From: Octopus sinensis
Lineage: Eukaryota
Direction of reading: 5' to 3'
Length of the DNA stretch: 64,000 bases
NCBI RefSeq assembly: GCF_006345805.1
Contig: NC_043010.1
Coordinates: 41,478,001 to 41,542,000 of the forward strand
Below the pieces are notes generated by a model. It was not told where the DNA came from. It saw only the letters and a list, made by a program, of their open reading frames with translations, and searched no databases. The position numbers and the translations under genes are program-made. How positions within the stretch are numbered: the first letter of the stretch is position 1; each line of letters opens with the position of its first letter. Shown here piece after piece: positions 38,087 through 49,959 of this stretch.

Positions 38087-39005
38087 GGGTGGGTGTGTTA
38101 TTTGCTTTAGCCAGTGGACTGCGGCTAAGCTGGAGCATCGCCTGAAGGGCTTTAGTTGTACAAATCAACCACATTACTTTTTTTTTTTTAAAGCCTGGTA
38201 TTTATCCCATCATTTTTATTGTCTAACCGCTACACTACGTGAAGGTAAACAAACCAACACTGGTTGACAAGCAGTGGTAGGGGACAAACACACACACACA
38301 CATATATTTATAAATATACACGCCAACCGTATATATATACCTTACATTCACATATATTATATATATATATATAAGATTTCATACTGAGTTCATTCTAACT
38401 GGCCTGTGTATGTTTCACCGAAAAGGCGTATATCGTGTGTGAATGCGTATAGATATGTGTGTATATGTATGATCAGTTATTTGTCCGGGAGTCAGAAAAA
38501 AGCACATTCAGTATGAGTAATGGATTTTTTATTTTATACATATACAATCGAGCAGCAGAGTTATGCTATTAAACTGTTCAGAGTAATACCGAAGTTGACA
38601 TTCTGACCAGTAAAATGCCGTGTATATATATATATACGTATATATATATGTGTGTGTGTCTGTGTGTTTGTGTGTGTGAAGGGTAAAAATCATTATAGTA
38701 TTTAATCGTGATTCTTAAGGAAAATAAAAAATATATTGATCTCTTATTTCCGAAATGAGACAAGCAAATAAGATGAGAGAATCTCTTAGAAAGGTTTTCA
38801 GATGTTTCCAATTGGATCGAAAACCTATCAAAAAAAAAAAGGAAATGAATGAATAAAACGACCGTAAAGAGCTATCAAAACACGAAAGCAGGATTTCTTC
38901 GTAGCAGAGCAACACAAAGAAAAAGAAGGATTAACAGAAACAAAAAAGGGGGGGGAATGATTCTGCGAAATTAGTGTAATGTTTATCAGTGAAAATCACA
39001 CTTAC

Positions 39006-39113
39006 CTCAAAGGAAGCCATAATGAAATGCTGAACATCCGGGTACTAACAACATTACGAATCAAAGTGAACAGAACACAGCAGTCACAGTTGCAGCAAGT
39101 ACGGAAGCTCGTA
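39006..39113 (-). CDS. Candidate upstream GOLGA7 exon; coding part 39020-39006 = MASFE
   Basis: Good Kozak context (attATGG), strong donor GAG|gtaagt, CpG-retaining surroundings. Analogous to the short MATE first exon of GOLGA7B as I recall it. Linkage to the 25 kb exon is inferred. Confidence 0.45.
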
Positions 39114-39128
39114 CTGGTAATAAAATAT

Positions 39129-39366
39129 CTGTGTCATTATTCAGTTTTATTTCAAGATTTTTTTTATTTTGCCTATAGAGAAAGAGGCGGTTTCTAACCT
39201 AGATCCAAAGCTCTTTCATTGGGATTTCAGCACAAACAGCAAGGTATGCATCTGTGTCATTATTCAGTTTATTTCAAGATTTCTTGCCAATAGAGATAGT
39301 ACTGGTTTCTAACCTAGATCCAAGGCTCTTTCATTGGAATTTCAACATGAACAACAGGGTATTTTT
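39129..39366 (-). repeat. Two tandem copies of a roughly 120-bp repeat (third copy 45251-45357), putative 3' tail of the R4-like family
   Basis: Shared gtcatt..cagtttatttcaagatttcttgccaatagaga...ctagatccaaggct..ttcattggaatttcaac. Confidence 0.6.
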
Positions 39367-39479
39367 GTATGTATGTATGTATGTATGTATGTATGCATGT
39401 ATGTATGCATGTATGTATGTATGTGTGTATGTATGTATGTATGTATTATGCCAGGTCACTTTTGAGTGCTACTGGTAAC

Positions 39480-39825
39480 ATGTAACCCAGTACAACCTGT
39501 TGCATGGTTGGGTCGTCGGTAACTAAACCGGCAACCCAGCCAAGCTTGCTTGGTGAGGAGGGTGTTTATTGGACACCCTGCAGGATAAAAAACAAAACCC
39601 GTCAAAGGGTGGAGGAACTCTTGAGAGTCAACGGCCATCCAATAAATGTCTTAAGGCTGTATCATGCGTGGGGACATAGAAATAATCGGACTGAATACCT
39701 AATCGCGCGGTTAAACCATTGGGAGTGAAGGACTCCTAGCCTTTGTTAGGGCATCCTTCTAGGAGAAGGTAGCTCAGGTAACTGGGATAACTCCGACATA
39801 AAACCTGCGGCTCAGTGGTTACCGA
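39480..39825 (+). mobile_element. Probable RTE 5'-UTR-like segment
   Basis: ggcaaccc...gaggagggtg...gggcatccttctaggagaagg...aaaacc pattern, recalled from RTE leaders. Confidence 0.35.
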
Positions 39826-40024
39826 TGATGTTGACTTGTTCTTCTTTTCGGATTATGGCTGCTGTTGCTTAGTGAGTGGGATTGACTCAGTGCACAGCCT
39901 TTCCTCATATGAAAAAAAATCTTCTTGCACAGGCATTGCACGATAACAACATTGATTAAGCTTTGCGCACTGGTCATACTCGATAATGAGGGGGCAGCCA
40001 TGTATGTATGTATGTATGTATGTA

Positions 40025-41135
40025 TCAAGCCATACCTACTCATAATAAAACTCTTATTTCTTTGTCCTCAGGGTTATCTTCTTGATGGATTTCTTTATAG
40101 AGTGTCCTAGCTACAACATCATGTCTCATCGGTAGATAATACCATGATGACATTTTCAGACAACTACTTACGATATGGGTGATATCTTCAGTGTGAACTC
40201 CATAAAGTCTGCATCAGCTGTTACATTCAACTGCTTTTCCTGCATCTCTGTCCCTTTTGTGCATCAGGTGCTGGATTGATATTTCCTGTTCCTGGATTGC
40301 AAACATATACCCTTCAAAGTGGGTGGTAGTAATCCGGCTATTGGTCCATGATAAACTGCTTTGATGATCGATGTTACTATCATTTCGGAGCTTTCTACTA
40401 ACATATTTATGCATAGTCTTCTGCTATTATAGGCTCATCCTTTCATCTGATGATACATTGCGATAGAGTCATGCAACTTCTTTGGGCATGTATTCCCGGC
40501 TATTAGACAAAGAATGTTGCTCAAGAAGCTGCCTTCCAAGTCTTATGAAGTTATCAACCTCATGTATGCAAACTTAGTCAAGGAATGCACTTCAACACTT
40601 GGTGGTTAAAAGGTGTTGCTGAAGGGATATGATACGACATTCAAAGGCATTTTGGATCAATGTTAAGACTCTGCCACCTTGTTTTCATGTTAGGTAGGTG
40701 TAGTCTACATCACTGTTTATGTGGAAATTATATGTACTTGTTAATATTTTTCAGGTTTTCACATCAATGGCTTGGATTTCATCAAGCATCCAATCAATGA
40801 ACCCAAATGCTGGCATGAGTACTGGCACTGCAAACACATTGTACATCACTGTTTTATTGAATGCAGGGAGTTTTGAGGTTCAAATTTTCTTAATTCTGCT
40901 GTAATATTCTTTAGTGACATGTGTTCTGTTACAGGTGCCCATTGTAATATATGTTTTCATCCACCCCTAGATACCTGTAACATTCCTTGTCAGATGTGGG
41001 GGAAACAGTCAAATCATTAATGGAGATATTGCTAGTCTGGTTTATAGTTTTCCTCCTTTTCACAGCCATATAACAACATTTATTTGACCAAACTCCAACT
41101 CAACATCCTTTGAGAATATTGTAACTAGGTCAATG
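40025..41135 (-). mobile_element. R4/Dong-like RLE-clade non-LTR retrotransposon remnant
   Basis: SKDVELEFG; SKLPAFNKTVMYNVFAVPVLMPAFGFIDW..IDVKT; GGRVL; EGYMFAIQEQEI; flanked by (ATGT)n. Confidence 0.75.
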
Positions 41136-41138
41136 ATT

Positions 41139-41161
41139 ATGTATGTATGTATGTATGTATG

Positions 41162-41192
<31 letters not shown>

Positions 41193-41550
41193 GTATGTAT
41201 GTATGTATGTATGTATGTATGTATGTATGTATGTATGTATGTACGTACGTACATACGAATGAATGTATGTATGTATGTATGCATGTATGTATGCATGTAT
41301 GCATGTATGTATGTATGTATGTATGTATGTATGTATGTATGTATGTATGTATGTATGCATATATGTATGTATGTATGTATGCATGTATGTATGTATGTAC
41401 GTACGTACATACGAATGAATGTATGTATGTATGTATGTATGTATGTATGTATGTATGTATGTATGTATGTATGTATGCATATATGTATGTATGTATGTAT
41501 GCATGTATGTATGTATGTATGTATGCATGCATGCATGAATTTATGTATGT
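41139..41550. repeat. (ATGT)n compound microsatellite; similar arrays at 39367-39445 and 44892-45250
   Basis: Direct inspection. Confidence 0.95.
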
Positions 41551-41551
41551 A

Positions 41552-41830
41552 TACTGGCTACCTTCCACACCATGCCACCTTTAATGAACTCATAAAGCAT
41601 AACTTCCCCTCTCAACCTGAGCTAGCAGGGCTACACCGAAGGGACAGTAAAAGGCCTGATGATATGACAGTTTTTTTACTGTTCCATGGGATGCCACATG
41701 CTGTGACATTTCTCCAGCAGCAACTTGATGTGTTCAGTAACCAACTCAGGCTCTGTTGCTCTGCTTGACAAGCTGATGAGAAAAGCAAACTGTCAAAGTA
41801 TCAGTTGCTCTCTAATGGGTTTATAGTGAT
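41552..41830 (+). mobile_element. CRE-clade RLE endonuclease fragment
   Basis: HATFNELI..PSQPELAGLHRRDSKRPDDMT, matching the EP.GL.R.DGKRPDG.T pattern. Confidence 0.55.
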
Positions 41831-41883
41831 GTCAGGGTACCATTTTATAGTGGTAATGTTGATAATGACACACTATAATTTAA

Positions 41884-42103
41884 CCCTTTAGCATTCAGAT
41901 TATTCTGTCAAATGTAAAGCTTATGTATTCACACCATGTAAAATTAATCTTGCATCATTTCATGGCTTTGAGATTTCAGTGATGTGATTGTTTATTTTTA
42001 AAATGACGCAATAAGGTAGCTATGAATGACCATATCTGACTAGTTTGAACATAAAATAGGTAGAATATTTTGGCTGGATATGGCCGATTTAAACACTAAA
42101 GGG
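41884..42103. mobile_element. piggyBac-type MITE
   Basis: TTAA|CCCTTTAG ... CTAAAGGG|TTAA. Confidence 0.85.
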
Positions 42104-42609
42104 TTAATGAGTATGAGAGAATGTTGGGTCACCATCTTGTACATATTAACAAGAAAATAGGAATTTGTGAGACGTTTGTAATAAGGCACAACATATTTAT
42201 TACTGGAGATAATGCTTTAACATATAAGGTTAATTGGAGGAAAGCTTATAGCATTACATGAATATATTCTGCTTGCAATCACATGTCTCTAAGTAAGTGA
42301 GGTGAATGTGTGCGTGAGCTGGTGTGTAAATGTGGTAGCTTGACTCAAATGCATGTCAAAGAATCAACAGACACTGAGTGAATTTCTTTATTGCCCATAA
42401 GGCAACACACGAATAACAATTTGTCTATCCTTCCCACCAAGGGGGAGGATAACAATTTACAAATAATTATTCTCAAAAAGAATGATATACAAGGTTTCCC
42501 TTACGGGATACCACAAATACTCAAAAAAACCCCAATTCTTTAAAGGATAACAATATCAAAAATAGCAATATCAAAAACAACTTCTCATGTACTGAATGAA
42601 TGCAACTCC

Positions 42610-44880
42610 AGACAGACACTGAGTAATTTCTTTATTTGCCTATTTAAGGCATACATAGATATAACAAGAAGGAGGGGTCGGGGACAAACAACGGACAGTC
42701 TTACAAGGAATGGGGGAGGGTCCATCAGTGCTTGTTGTAATTACAAACTGAGGATCAGGATAATAAGACTATATGATTTTAAAAATTTTAATGAATATCA
42801 TCATCATCATCATCATCATCATTGTTTAACATCCGCTTTCCATGCTAGCATGAGTTGGACGGTTTGACTGTGGGCTGGTGAACCAGATGGCTGCACCAGG
42901 CTCCAGTCTTGATCTGGCAGAATTTCTACAGCTGGATGCCCTTCCTAACGCCAACCACTTCGAGAGTGTAGTGGGTGCTTTACGTGCCACCAGCACGGGG
43001 GCCAGTCGGGCAGTACTGGCAACGACCTCACTCGAATTTTTTTTTTACACATGCCAACGGCACAGGTGCCTGTAAGGTGATGCTGGTAACGTTCCCGCTC
43101 GAATGGTGCCTCCTACATGCCACCAGCACGGAAGCCAGTTAGCCGCTCTGGCAACGATCATGCTCAGATGGTGCTCTTAGCACCCTACTAGCACGGGGCA
43201 CAAGTGCCAGTAAGGCGAAGCTGGTAACGATCACACTCGAATGGTGCCTTTTATGTGCCACTGGCATGGAAGCCAGTTAGCTGCTCTGTCAATGATCACG
43301 CTCATATGGTGCTCATGCCCGTCATCGAATTTCACTCTGATTTTGATTTCGATTTCACTTGCCTCAACTTTCCTTCCGGGTTCTATTTCAACCCATCAGT
43401 TTTGAACCTTCGTGTTTGCCTTTATTATTTGGCTGAGAGAACTGTTTTCCTCCTTCTTCATTGACCAGCTACATTACTACATCTCCATACATACGCACCT
43501 TTCTTACTACATTTTTTCATCTTTTCTCATACACGCTAAGAGGCAGGTGCCTTCTCTCCAGATGGATCTTCCTCACGAAGTGGAAGTTAAACCAACTTTC
43601 CAACCCCTGTCCGGTGATGAAGTGACCTGTCTCAATCCTTTTGCTCTTGTTTGCCACACTGTCTCTTTCAGTATGGCTACTACGCAGAAAAAGGCTGCTT
43701 TCCTTTCCTTGTTAAAGGAGGGAGGCGGTACAATCTTAACTATGGACTCAGTCAAGAGCCGCACTTTTTCCTCATCCAAAATCAGTTGTTTGACATAGGT
43801 CACCAATCCCCTCAACTCCCCACAGTGTACGAAGGTGTGCGCGACAGTTTTACTGATGTGCCCACACCTCAGATATGTTTGTGGGTGTTATAAGCATGTC
43901 TGGACAACCTCTCCTGAACTGGTAAAGCCGAACGATAGCACAACCATGCCAAGGATTTCTAGATATTATCCAGGTACCTCGGCCCGAATGTCCTCGCAAA
44001 CAGGCTGGCTAGTTACTTATCGTCAAAGCCCAGAGTCTCCCCCAGGACGTCGTCAGACTTACACTCTACCAACCCTCCATAGGAATCCACAGTGGTAACC
44101 TCATTGCCAGCATTGCTCACTCGGGAGAACAGCTTGAGTGCTTGTCTGCACTCTCTCTGCCATTCCCCCATCTTAGGCCTCTGCCTGATCCATGTGCCTA
44201 AGTTCCGAAGGGACTCCTATTGTGGAAAAAGTTGCTTGGCATCAGTGACCACACCTGCTCACTATCCTGGTAGCGCCGGAGGTGTCTCAGCTTCAATACA
44301 TATTTGTGCATCATCAGCCAAGGCATCCCCAGTCCACCCTTTAATGGTTTCTGACAACAAATGGAGTGCTTCACAAGTGGTGGTTTCCTCTTCCACAAAA
44401 AGAAAAAGAGGATCCCTTCCAACTTGTTCAGCCACAAACTGGGACAAGGTACGACGGCCAGGCTGTAGGTTATCACAGATGTTATAAACACCTGTGTAAC
44501 CTTGGCCCTTCCTAGCAAGGACAACATCCTCCTTGACCAGGTCTGGGTTTTGGCTGCCATTTTACTCATTACTTCGCTCCAGTTTTTCTCCACCTGGAGG
44601 TCTGATGCAAACCAGACCCCGAGCAGCTTAACTTGGCCTGCCGCCAAACGTCCGACGATGCTATTAAGAGGCATCAACTTGCCTTGCCAGATGCCGAGTT
44701 GCAAGCCGACTGATTTTTCCTGGTTAATTTTTGCCCCTGCCACCGCTTCGCATCCTTTGATGGCGTTTTCTACATGAGGTAGCTGTCCTTCATTAGACAC
44801 AATGAAGTAACATCATCTGCATATGCCGTCACACTTCTACCATAACATAGATCACGCAGGTCTCCTCCCAACGTCCCTAT
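42610..44880 (-). mobile_element. 5'-truncated L1/Tx1 LINE with SINE C inserted in its 3' region; related tails at about 42370-42560 (minus) and 63145-63480 (plus, in (ATT)n)
   Basis: ORF 44198-44800: GAKINQEKS..LLGVWF..W..RMLSLLGRAKV..FLWK..GGLGMP; tail gcaaataaagaaatt. Confidence 0.85.
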
Positions 44881-45485
44881 TCTCCACAGTCGTATGTATG
44901 TATGTATGTATGTATGTATGTATGTATGATGTATGTATGTATGTATGTATGTGTGTATGTGTGTATGTATGTGTATGTGTGTGTGTGTGTGCTTATGTGT
45001 GTATGTATGTATGTGTGTGTATGTGTATATATATGTATGTATGTATGTATGTGTGTATGTGTGTATGTATGTATGTATGTAATGTATGTAATGTAAGTAT
45101 GTATGTATGTGTGTATGTGCGTGTGTGTGTATGTGTGCGTATGTGTGTATGTATGTATGTGTGTAGTATGTATGTATGTATGTGTGTATGTATGTATGTA
45201 TGTATGTATGTATGTATGTGTATGTATGTATGTATGTATATATGTATGTATGTCATTCAGTTTATTTCAAGATTTCTTACCAATAGAGAAAGAACCGGTT
45301 TCTATCCTAGATCCAAGGCTCCTTCATTGGAACTTCAACATCAACAACAGGGTATTTTTTGTTTGTTTGTATGTAAGTATGCACGTATGTATGTATGTAT
45401 GTATGTGCAGATTTGTATATTTTATGTATGCATTTTCATGTGTATAGCTGCATATCTAGACATGCTCATATATATTTAAATGATA

Positions 45486-45775
45486 ACCCAGCTAGCAAAA
45501 CCATATCAGGCCAATATCAAACCCATGTTGTTACCTATATTGGTCCTACATCAGAAATTATGTTAGTTTGATTTCAGCCTGATCTCATTTTACAACACGG
45601 CACAACATCGAGCTGACACATTCCCCGATATCAGCCTAATATGAATTTGAGGTTGGGCCGATGTGAGATTTTGGTCTCTTACATTGGGTTGACATCGGCC
45701 CCCAATGTCATATTCACATCAAGGTGACATCGGTCCCATATGAAAATGAGGTTGGGCTGATGTATGGTTGTTCAA
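45486..45775. mobile_element. Possible CACTA/EnSpm-type terminal fragment with subterminal repeats
   Basis: Starts acccagctagca; repeated gaggttgggccgatgt / acatcggcc motifs. Confidence 0.3.
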
Positions 45776-47444
45776 CTTTTAAAGCTGATTTTGCCAAATA
45801 CCTGATCTGGCTCTGAAATACATTCAAGGATGGGATAATTAATGTATGATTAAACATTTATCGGTGACATGTAAAAAGCACCGTCGGGACATGGCAGATG
45901 CCAGTGCCACCTGATTGGCGTCCATGTCAGTGACATGTAAAAGCACCAACTGAGCATGGCCATTTGCCGTCCTGCGCTGGCCCTTGTGCCAGTGGCACGT
46001 AAAAAACACCCACTACACTCATGGAGTGGTTGACGTTGGGAAGGGCATCCAGCTGTAGAAATACTGCCAAATCAGACTAGAGCCTGGTGCAGCCTCCATG
46101 GCTTACCAGACCCCGGTCAAACCGTCCAACCCATGCTAGCATGGAAAACGGACGTTAAATGATGATGATGATAGGTTCGACATCAGCTACACTTTTATGT
46201 TCTCCATAGCATTACAGCTCACCCCTGATATGAATTGCTCTGATTCTAGCTTCACTCACCCTGCATTTGTGTAGTGTGATGGAGGAAAAAGTCAACAGAA
46301 AAAGAAGCAAATGGGAGAAAGAAATACTGAGACCTTACCTGTTGACCTAGGCAGGATGAGTAACCACTCTCAAGAAATAAACTCGTCCTTGTACGCTGCC
46401 GTCTCTCCTCGAACTGCCCCCACGTGCTTCCTGCCCACACATGCGCCCGTGGCTGTTCCACCAGCCCCTGCAGTCTTCACTTCCATCTACTTCATCTGCA
46501 ATCCTCTCCACCAACACTACATAGCTCATCACAGCCCATAACACCACAGTTTGAAAATAAAAGTGTAATATTGTTTCAATTTACAGCCAATGAGGACCAC
46601 CCACTGCTAAACAGAAAGAATATTAAATTTATTTTGAAGATGTAAGCGTATGAGCATCAGTTTACATGGGGTGTGTATGGAAATATCTGAAAAATCATGT
46701 AGAAACCGTCAGAAAAATATTTTAAAATGAACTCATTTTTCTTTACAAGCACCATTTACTTTATAAACTATATCTTTGAAAAATGGCAATTTACAGCACA
46801 ACAAAAGTAAATCCAGTCATTTTCAATACACTATGAGCAAAGGATAAAATATTTGCTCAAATGTAAAGCAAAATGTAGAATAATATCCTTTTAGTCAAAC
46901 ATTAAAAACAATTAGCAGTGTTCCTGCAGGTTTTTAAAAAGAAAATTCAAGGTTTTCCAAGGTTTTCCAAGGGTATTTTCAAGCTAGATTCAAGGACCAT
47001 CACAACCACTCTACAAAAATTTTTCAAAGGTTTCCAAAGACATCCTTCTGATAAAACAAAACTATTTACACTAAGGTCTACCAATTTTGATGTATTTTGT
47101 TCAAACTTGATGCCAGCATTACTTAGGACTCGTGGGATCTTTGAATGCTTTATGTCTCCAAAAGCGGAAAAAAAAAAACAATCGATGAGTGGAAAAAATC
47201 GATAAACCGATTCCTTATGGGATTTCCCAATCAAATTGTCTGTAAAATTTCAGCCAAAAGTTTACCAATTTCAATGGATTTCACTCAAATTTGACGTCGA
47301 TATTACTTAGTTTGCTTTGAAATAAAGAGTTTGATTAGCTTAATAATCCTAACTTAATCCTGAGCAAAGCCGGGCTATACTGCTAGTATACCTTAAATTA
47401 AACGTGTGCTGGTTCGGATCCATGTTTTGAAAATGACGTACATT

Positions 47445-47725
47445 ATTCTGCACTGAAACATACTTTCTGGGAAAGTTTGACCTGAGGCTGAGCGTGGTTT
47501 TTGTGCCCTCAGAGAGGAATAAAGTGGATGTCCTGACCAGAGTAAAGAACGCCCGGCTGCAAGTGCCAGAGGATCTGGAGCAAGGAGTGGCTGCAGTGTG
47601 TCGACTGAGTAACTCGGAGCTGAGGAGATTGCATTCCATGCATCACATGGGGGTGGACAGGACCCTGTTCCTAGCCAGGAAATTTGACTCTGATGTGACC
47701 AGGCAGAAAAAGAGACGTTGATATT
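47445..47725 (+). mobile_element. Gypsy-like RNase H / integrase zinc-finger junction fragment
   Basis: FVPSERNKVDVLTRV...LHSMHHMGVDRTLFLARK. Confidence 0.6.
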
Positions 47726-48296
47726 TGTGGTGTGCCAGCTAAGCTAGAATATTTAGATATCAAAAAAAAAAAAATTAAGGAAAATAATTGGATAAACAAA
47801 AAATATGGAAATAAACCTATTGAAAAATAATTTGACTTCATTGTATAACTATATTATTATGTATTTCTACTTAGAAAAAAAACAACAAAACAAATGTGAA
47901 TTTAAGATGCCAAACTCCCGAAACGTCCGAAGCAGATGTTATACGTCTAGAGATCTCACCGTAAAGTATGAAAAGTACTCTCCCTTGAAATAGTAATTTC
48001 TAGAACAGTTACGTCCCTTGGAGATGTTATCGTTTTCATTTTGTTACTTTTTGACTGGGGAGAAAATTAAATCTAGGTGTCACGTCAAGATCTGTGTATT
48101 GATAATACTTGAAGTTATGATAGATAAATTTAGCGGTTAGATGACTTAGCTAAACGATCTTCCTAGCAGAAATGGTGACAGAATTCAACTTGGAATTTGC
48201 ATATATATTTATATTTAAATTTCATTCTGATTTTCATTTTAATGTGGTAATGCTTCATAATCCTTATCATATTTCATTATATTATCTTCAGTATTT

Positions 48297-48704
48297 GTAT
48301 CTTTTCGGTTTGAACGATAGTTTTTTCTTGCGGTGTCATATGAAATTGTCACTCATAATTATGACCCTAGTATCGATCTATAGCCTTTCAATCAGTTTTA
48401 GGGTTAGGGGTGGGGGAAAGGGTATCTTTTTTTCTTGAGAAATGTAAATAAACCCAATCTGTTTCTTAAACGAGGGACATATTCATACGGCACAGAATGT
48501 TTTCAGCTCAATAGACGTCATTGATTGGTTGAAATTGCAGAAATTGAAGAAAAAACAACAAATATCTTACAAACTATAGAATTTTCTCAATAAAGCCAAG
48601 AGAAAAAGATGTTTTATAAACACATTCTACCAGTATACGAAGTTTAAAAGTGTTTAGTTAGGTGGAAATTATTTTAAAAACTGCCGGTCAAACCGAAAAG
48701 ACCC
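48297..48704 (-). mobile_element. GGATC-TIR MITE with 8-bp TSD CAGTATTT
   Basis: Both TIRs are recognisable; cagtattt at 48289-48296 and 48705-48712. Confidence 0.9.
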
Positions 48705-48932
48705 CAGTATTTATTAGATAACGAACAACATCTAATGTATCTTTTGCGTACCCATTGCTTACTACGAATATGCAGTGTCAGATTTCTATCTCCTCATTCC
48801 TTACAAATGGAGTGAAGTTGAGAGCTTCGTTATTCCCCGTGAACTGGTTTACAAGTTCTTAAAGAAACGAGACCACACCCTTGCAATTTATTTTTGGTAA
48901 CTGCCGAGTGTCTCTTGCTCATTCCCACTTAC

Positions 48933-48962
48933 CAATTTCGTTCCCTCCGCTTTACTGTCCAT
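48933..48962 (-). CDS. Candidate first coding exon MDSKAEGTKL (gene uncertain, possibly a distal GOLGA7 start)
   Basis: attATGG Kozak context, 10 codons, donor TTG|gtaagt. Confidence 0.3.
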
Positions 48963-49000
48963 AATAAATGTCTTTAACATTATTTTCACCTTGTTCCGAT

Positions 49001-49442
49001 GGATCTTTTCGGTTTGAACGGCAGTCTTTTAAAAATAATTTCCACGTAACTAAACACTTTTAAACTTCGTATACTGGTAGAATGTGTTTATAAAACATCT
49101 TTTACTCTTGGCTTTATTGAGAAAATTCTATAGTTTGTAAGATATTTGTTGTTTTTTTTCTTCAATTTCTGCAATTTCAACCAATCAATGACGTCTATTG
49201 AGCTGAAAACATTCTGTGCCGTATGAATATGTCCCTCGTTTAAGAAACTGATTGGGTTTATTTACATTTCTGAAGAAGCAAAATACCTTCCCACCATCCC
49301 TAACCCTAGCCCTAATTAACCCTAACTAACCCTAACCCTAAAACAGATTGAAATGCAATAGATCGATACTAGGGTCATAATTATGGGTGACAATTTCATA
49401 TGACACCGCTAGAAAAAACTGCCGTTCAAACCGAAAAGATCC
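49001..49442 (+). mobile_element. GGATC-TIR MITE, complete, with 8-bp TSD GTTCCGAT
   Basis: Perfect 24-bp TIR GGATCTTTTCGGTTTGAACGGCAG; internal (CCCTAA)n-like tract. Confidence 0.95.
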
Positions 49443-49730
49443 GTTCCGATTTTTCATTTTATCAAATTTGTCCATAAAGAGACGACCAGTCAAATTAATT
49501 TCGGAGCGGGCAGAGGAAATTGTTACACGCATGCCATTTTAAAGCACAATAGTTAATTAACGAAAATAGCCGTAGTTATGTTGAACCAAATCCAAGTTAC
49601 AGACCAGGTTTTACACCATAATATTCACGCGTTTAAAGGATATCTCATGCTCTGACTTAAGGCAAAATAATGTGTATGTACTCTACATACATATATCCTT
49701 TCATGTGTGTGTCTGTGTATAATAATAATA

Positions 49731-49769
<39 letters not shown>

Positions 49770-49959
49770 ACACACACACGCGCGCGCGCACACTAGTGCG
49801 AACACAATATCTTTAAAATAGCATGTTCTACTTTGGCTTGGCATCATTGTATCATATATTCTATGATGTATATGTGTAAGTATACACATGGCATGCATGT
49901 GCGAAAAATGCTGGCAAGACATGCAACACGAATAAAACTCGAACATCAATAATACAAAG

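Noticed and set aside
39480-39825. HDV-like ribozyme in the RTE-leader-like segment
   Set aside because: I could not build the nested double pseudoknot by eye.
49295-49340. True or interstitial telomere
   Set aside because: The CCCTAA units are part of the MITE body and recur in its other copies.
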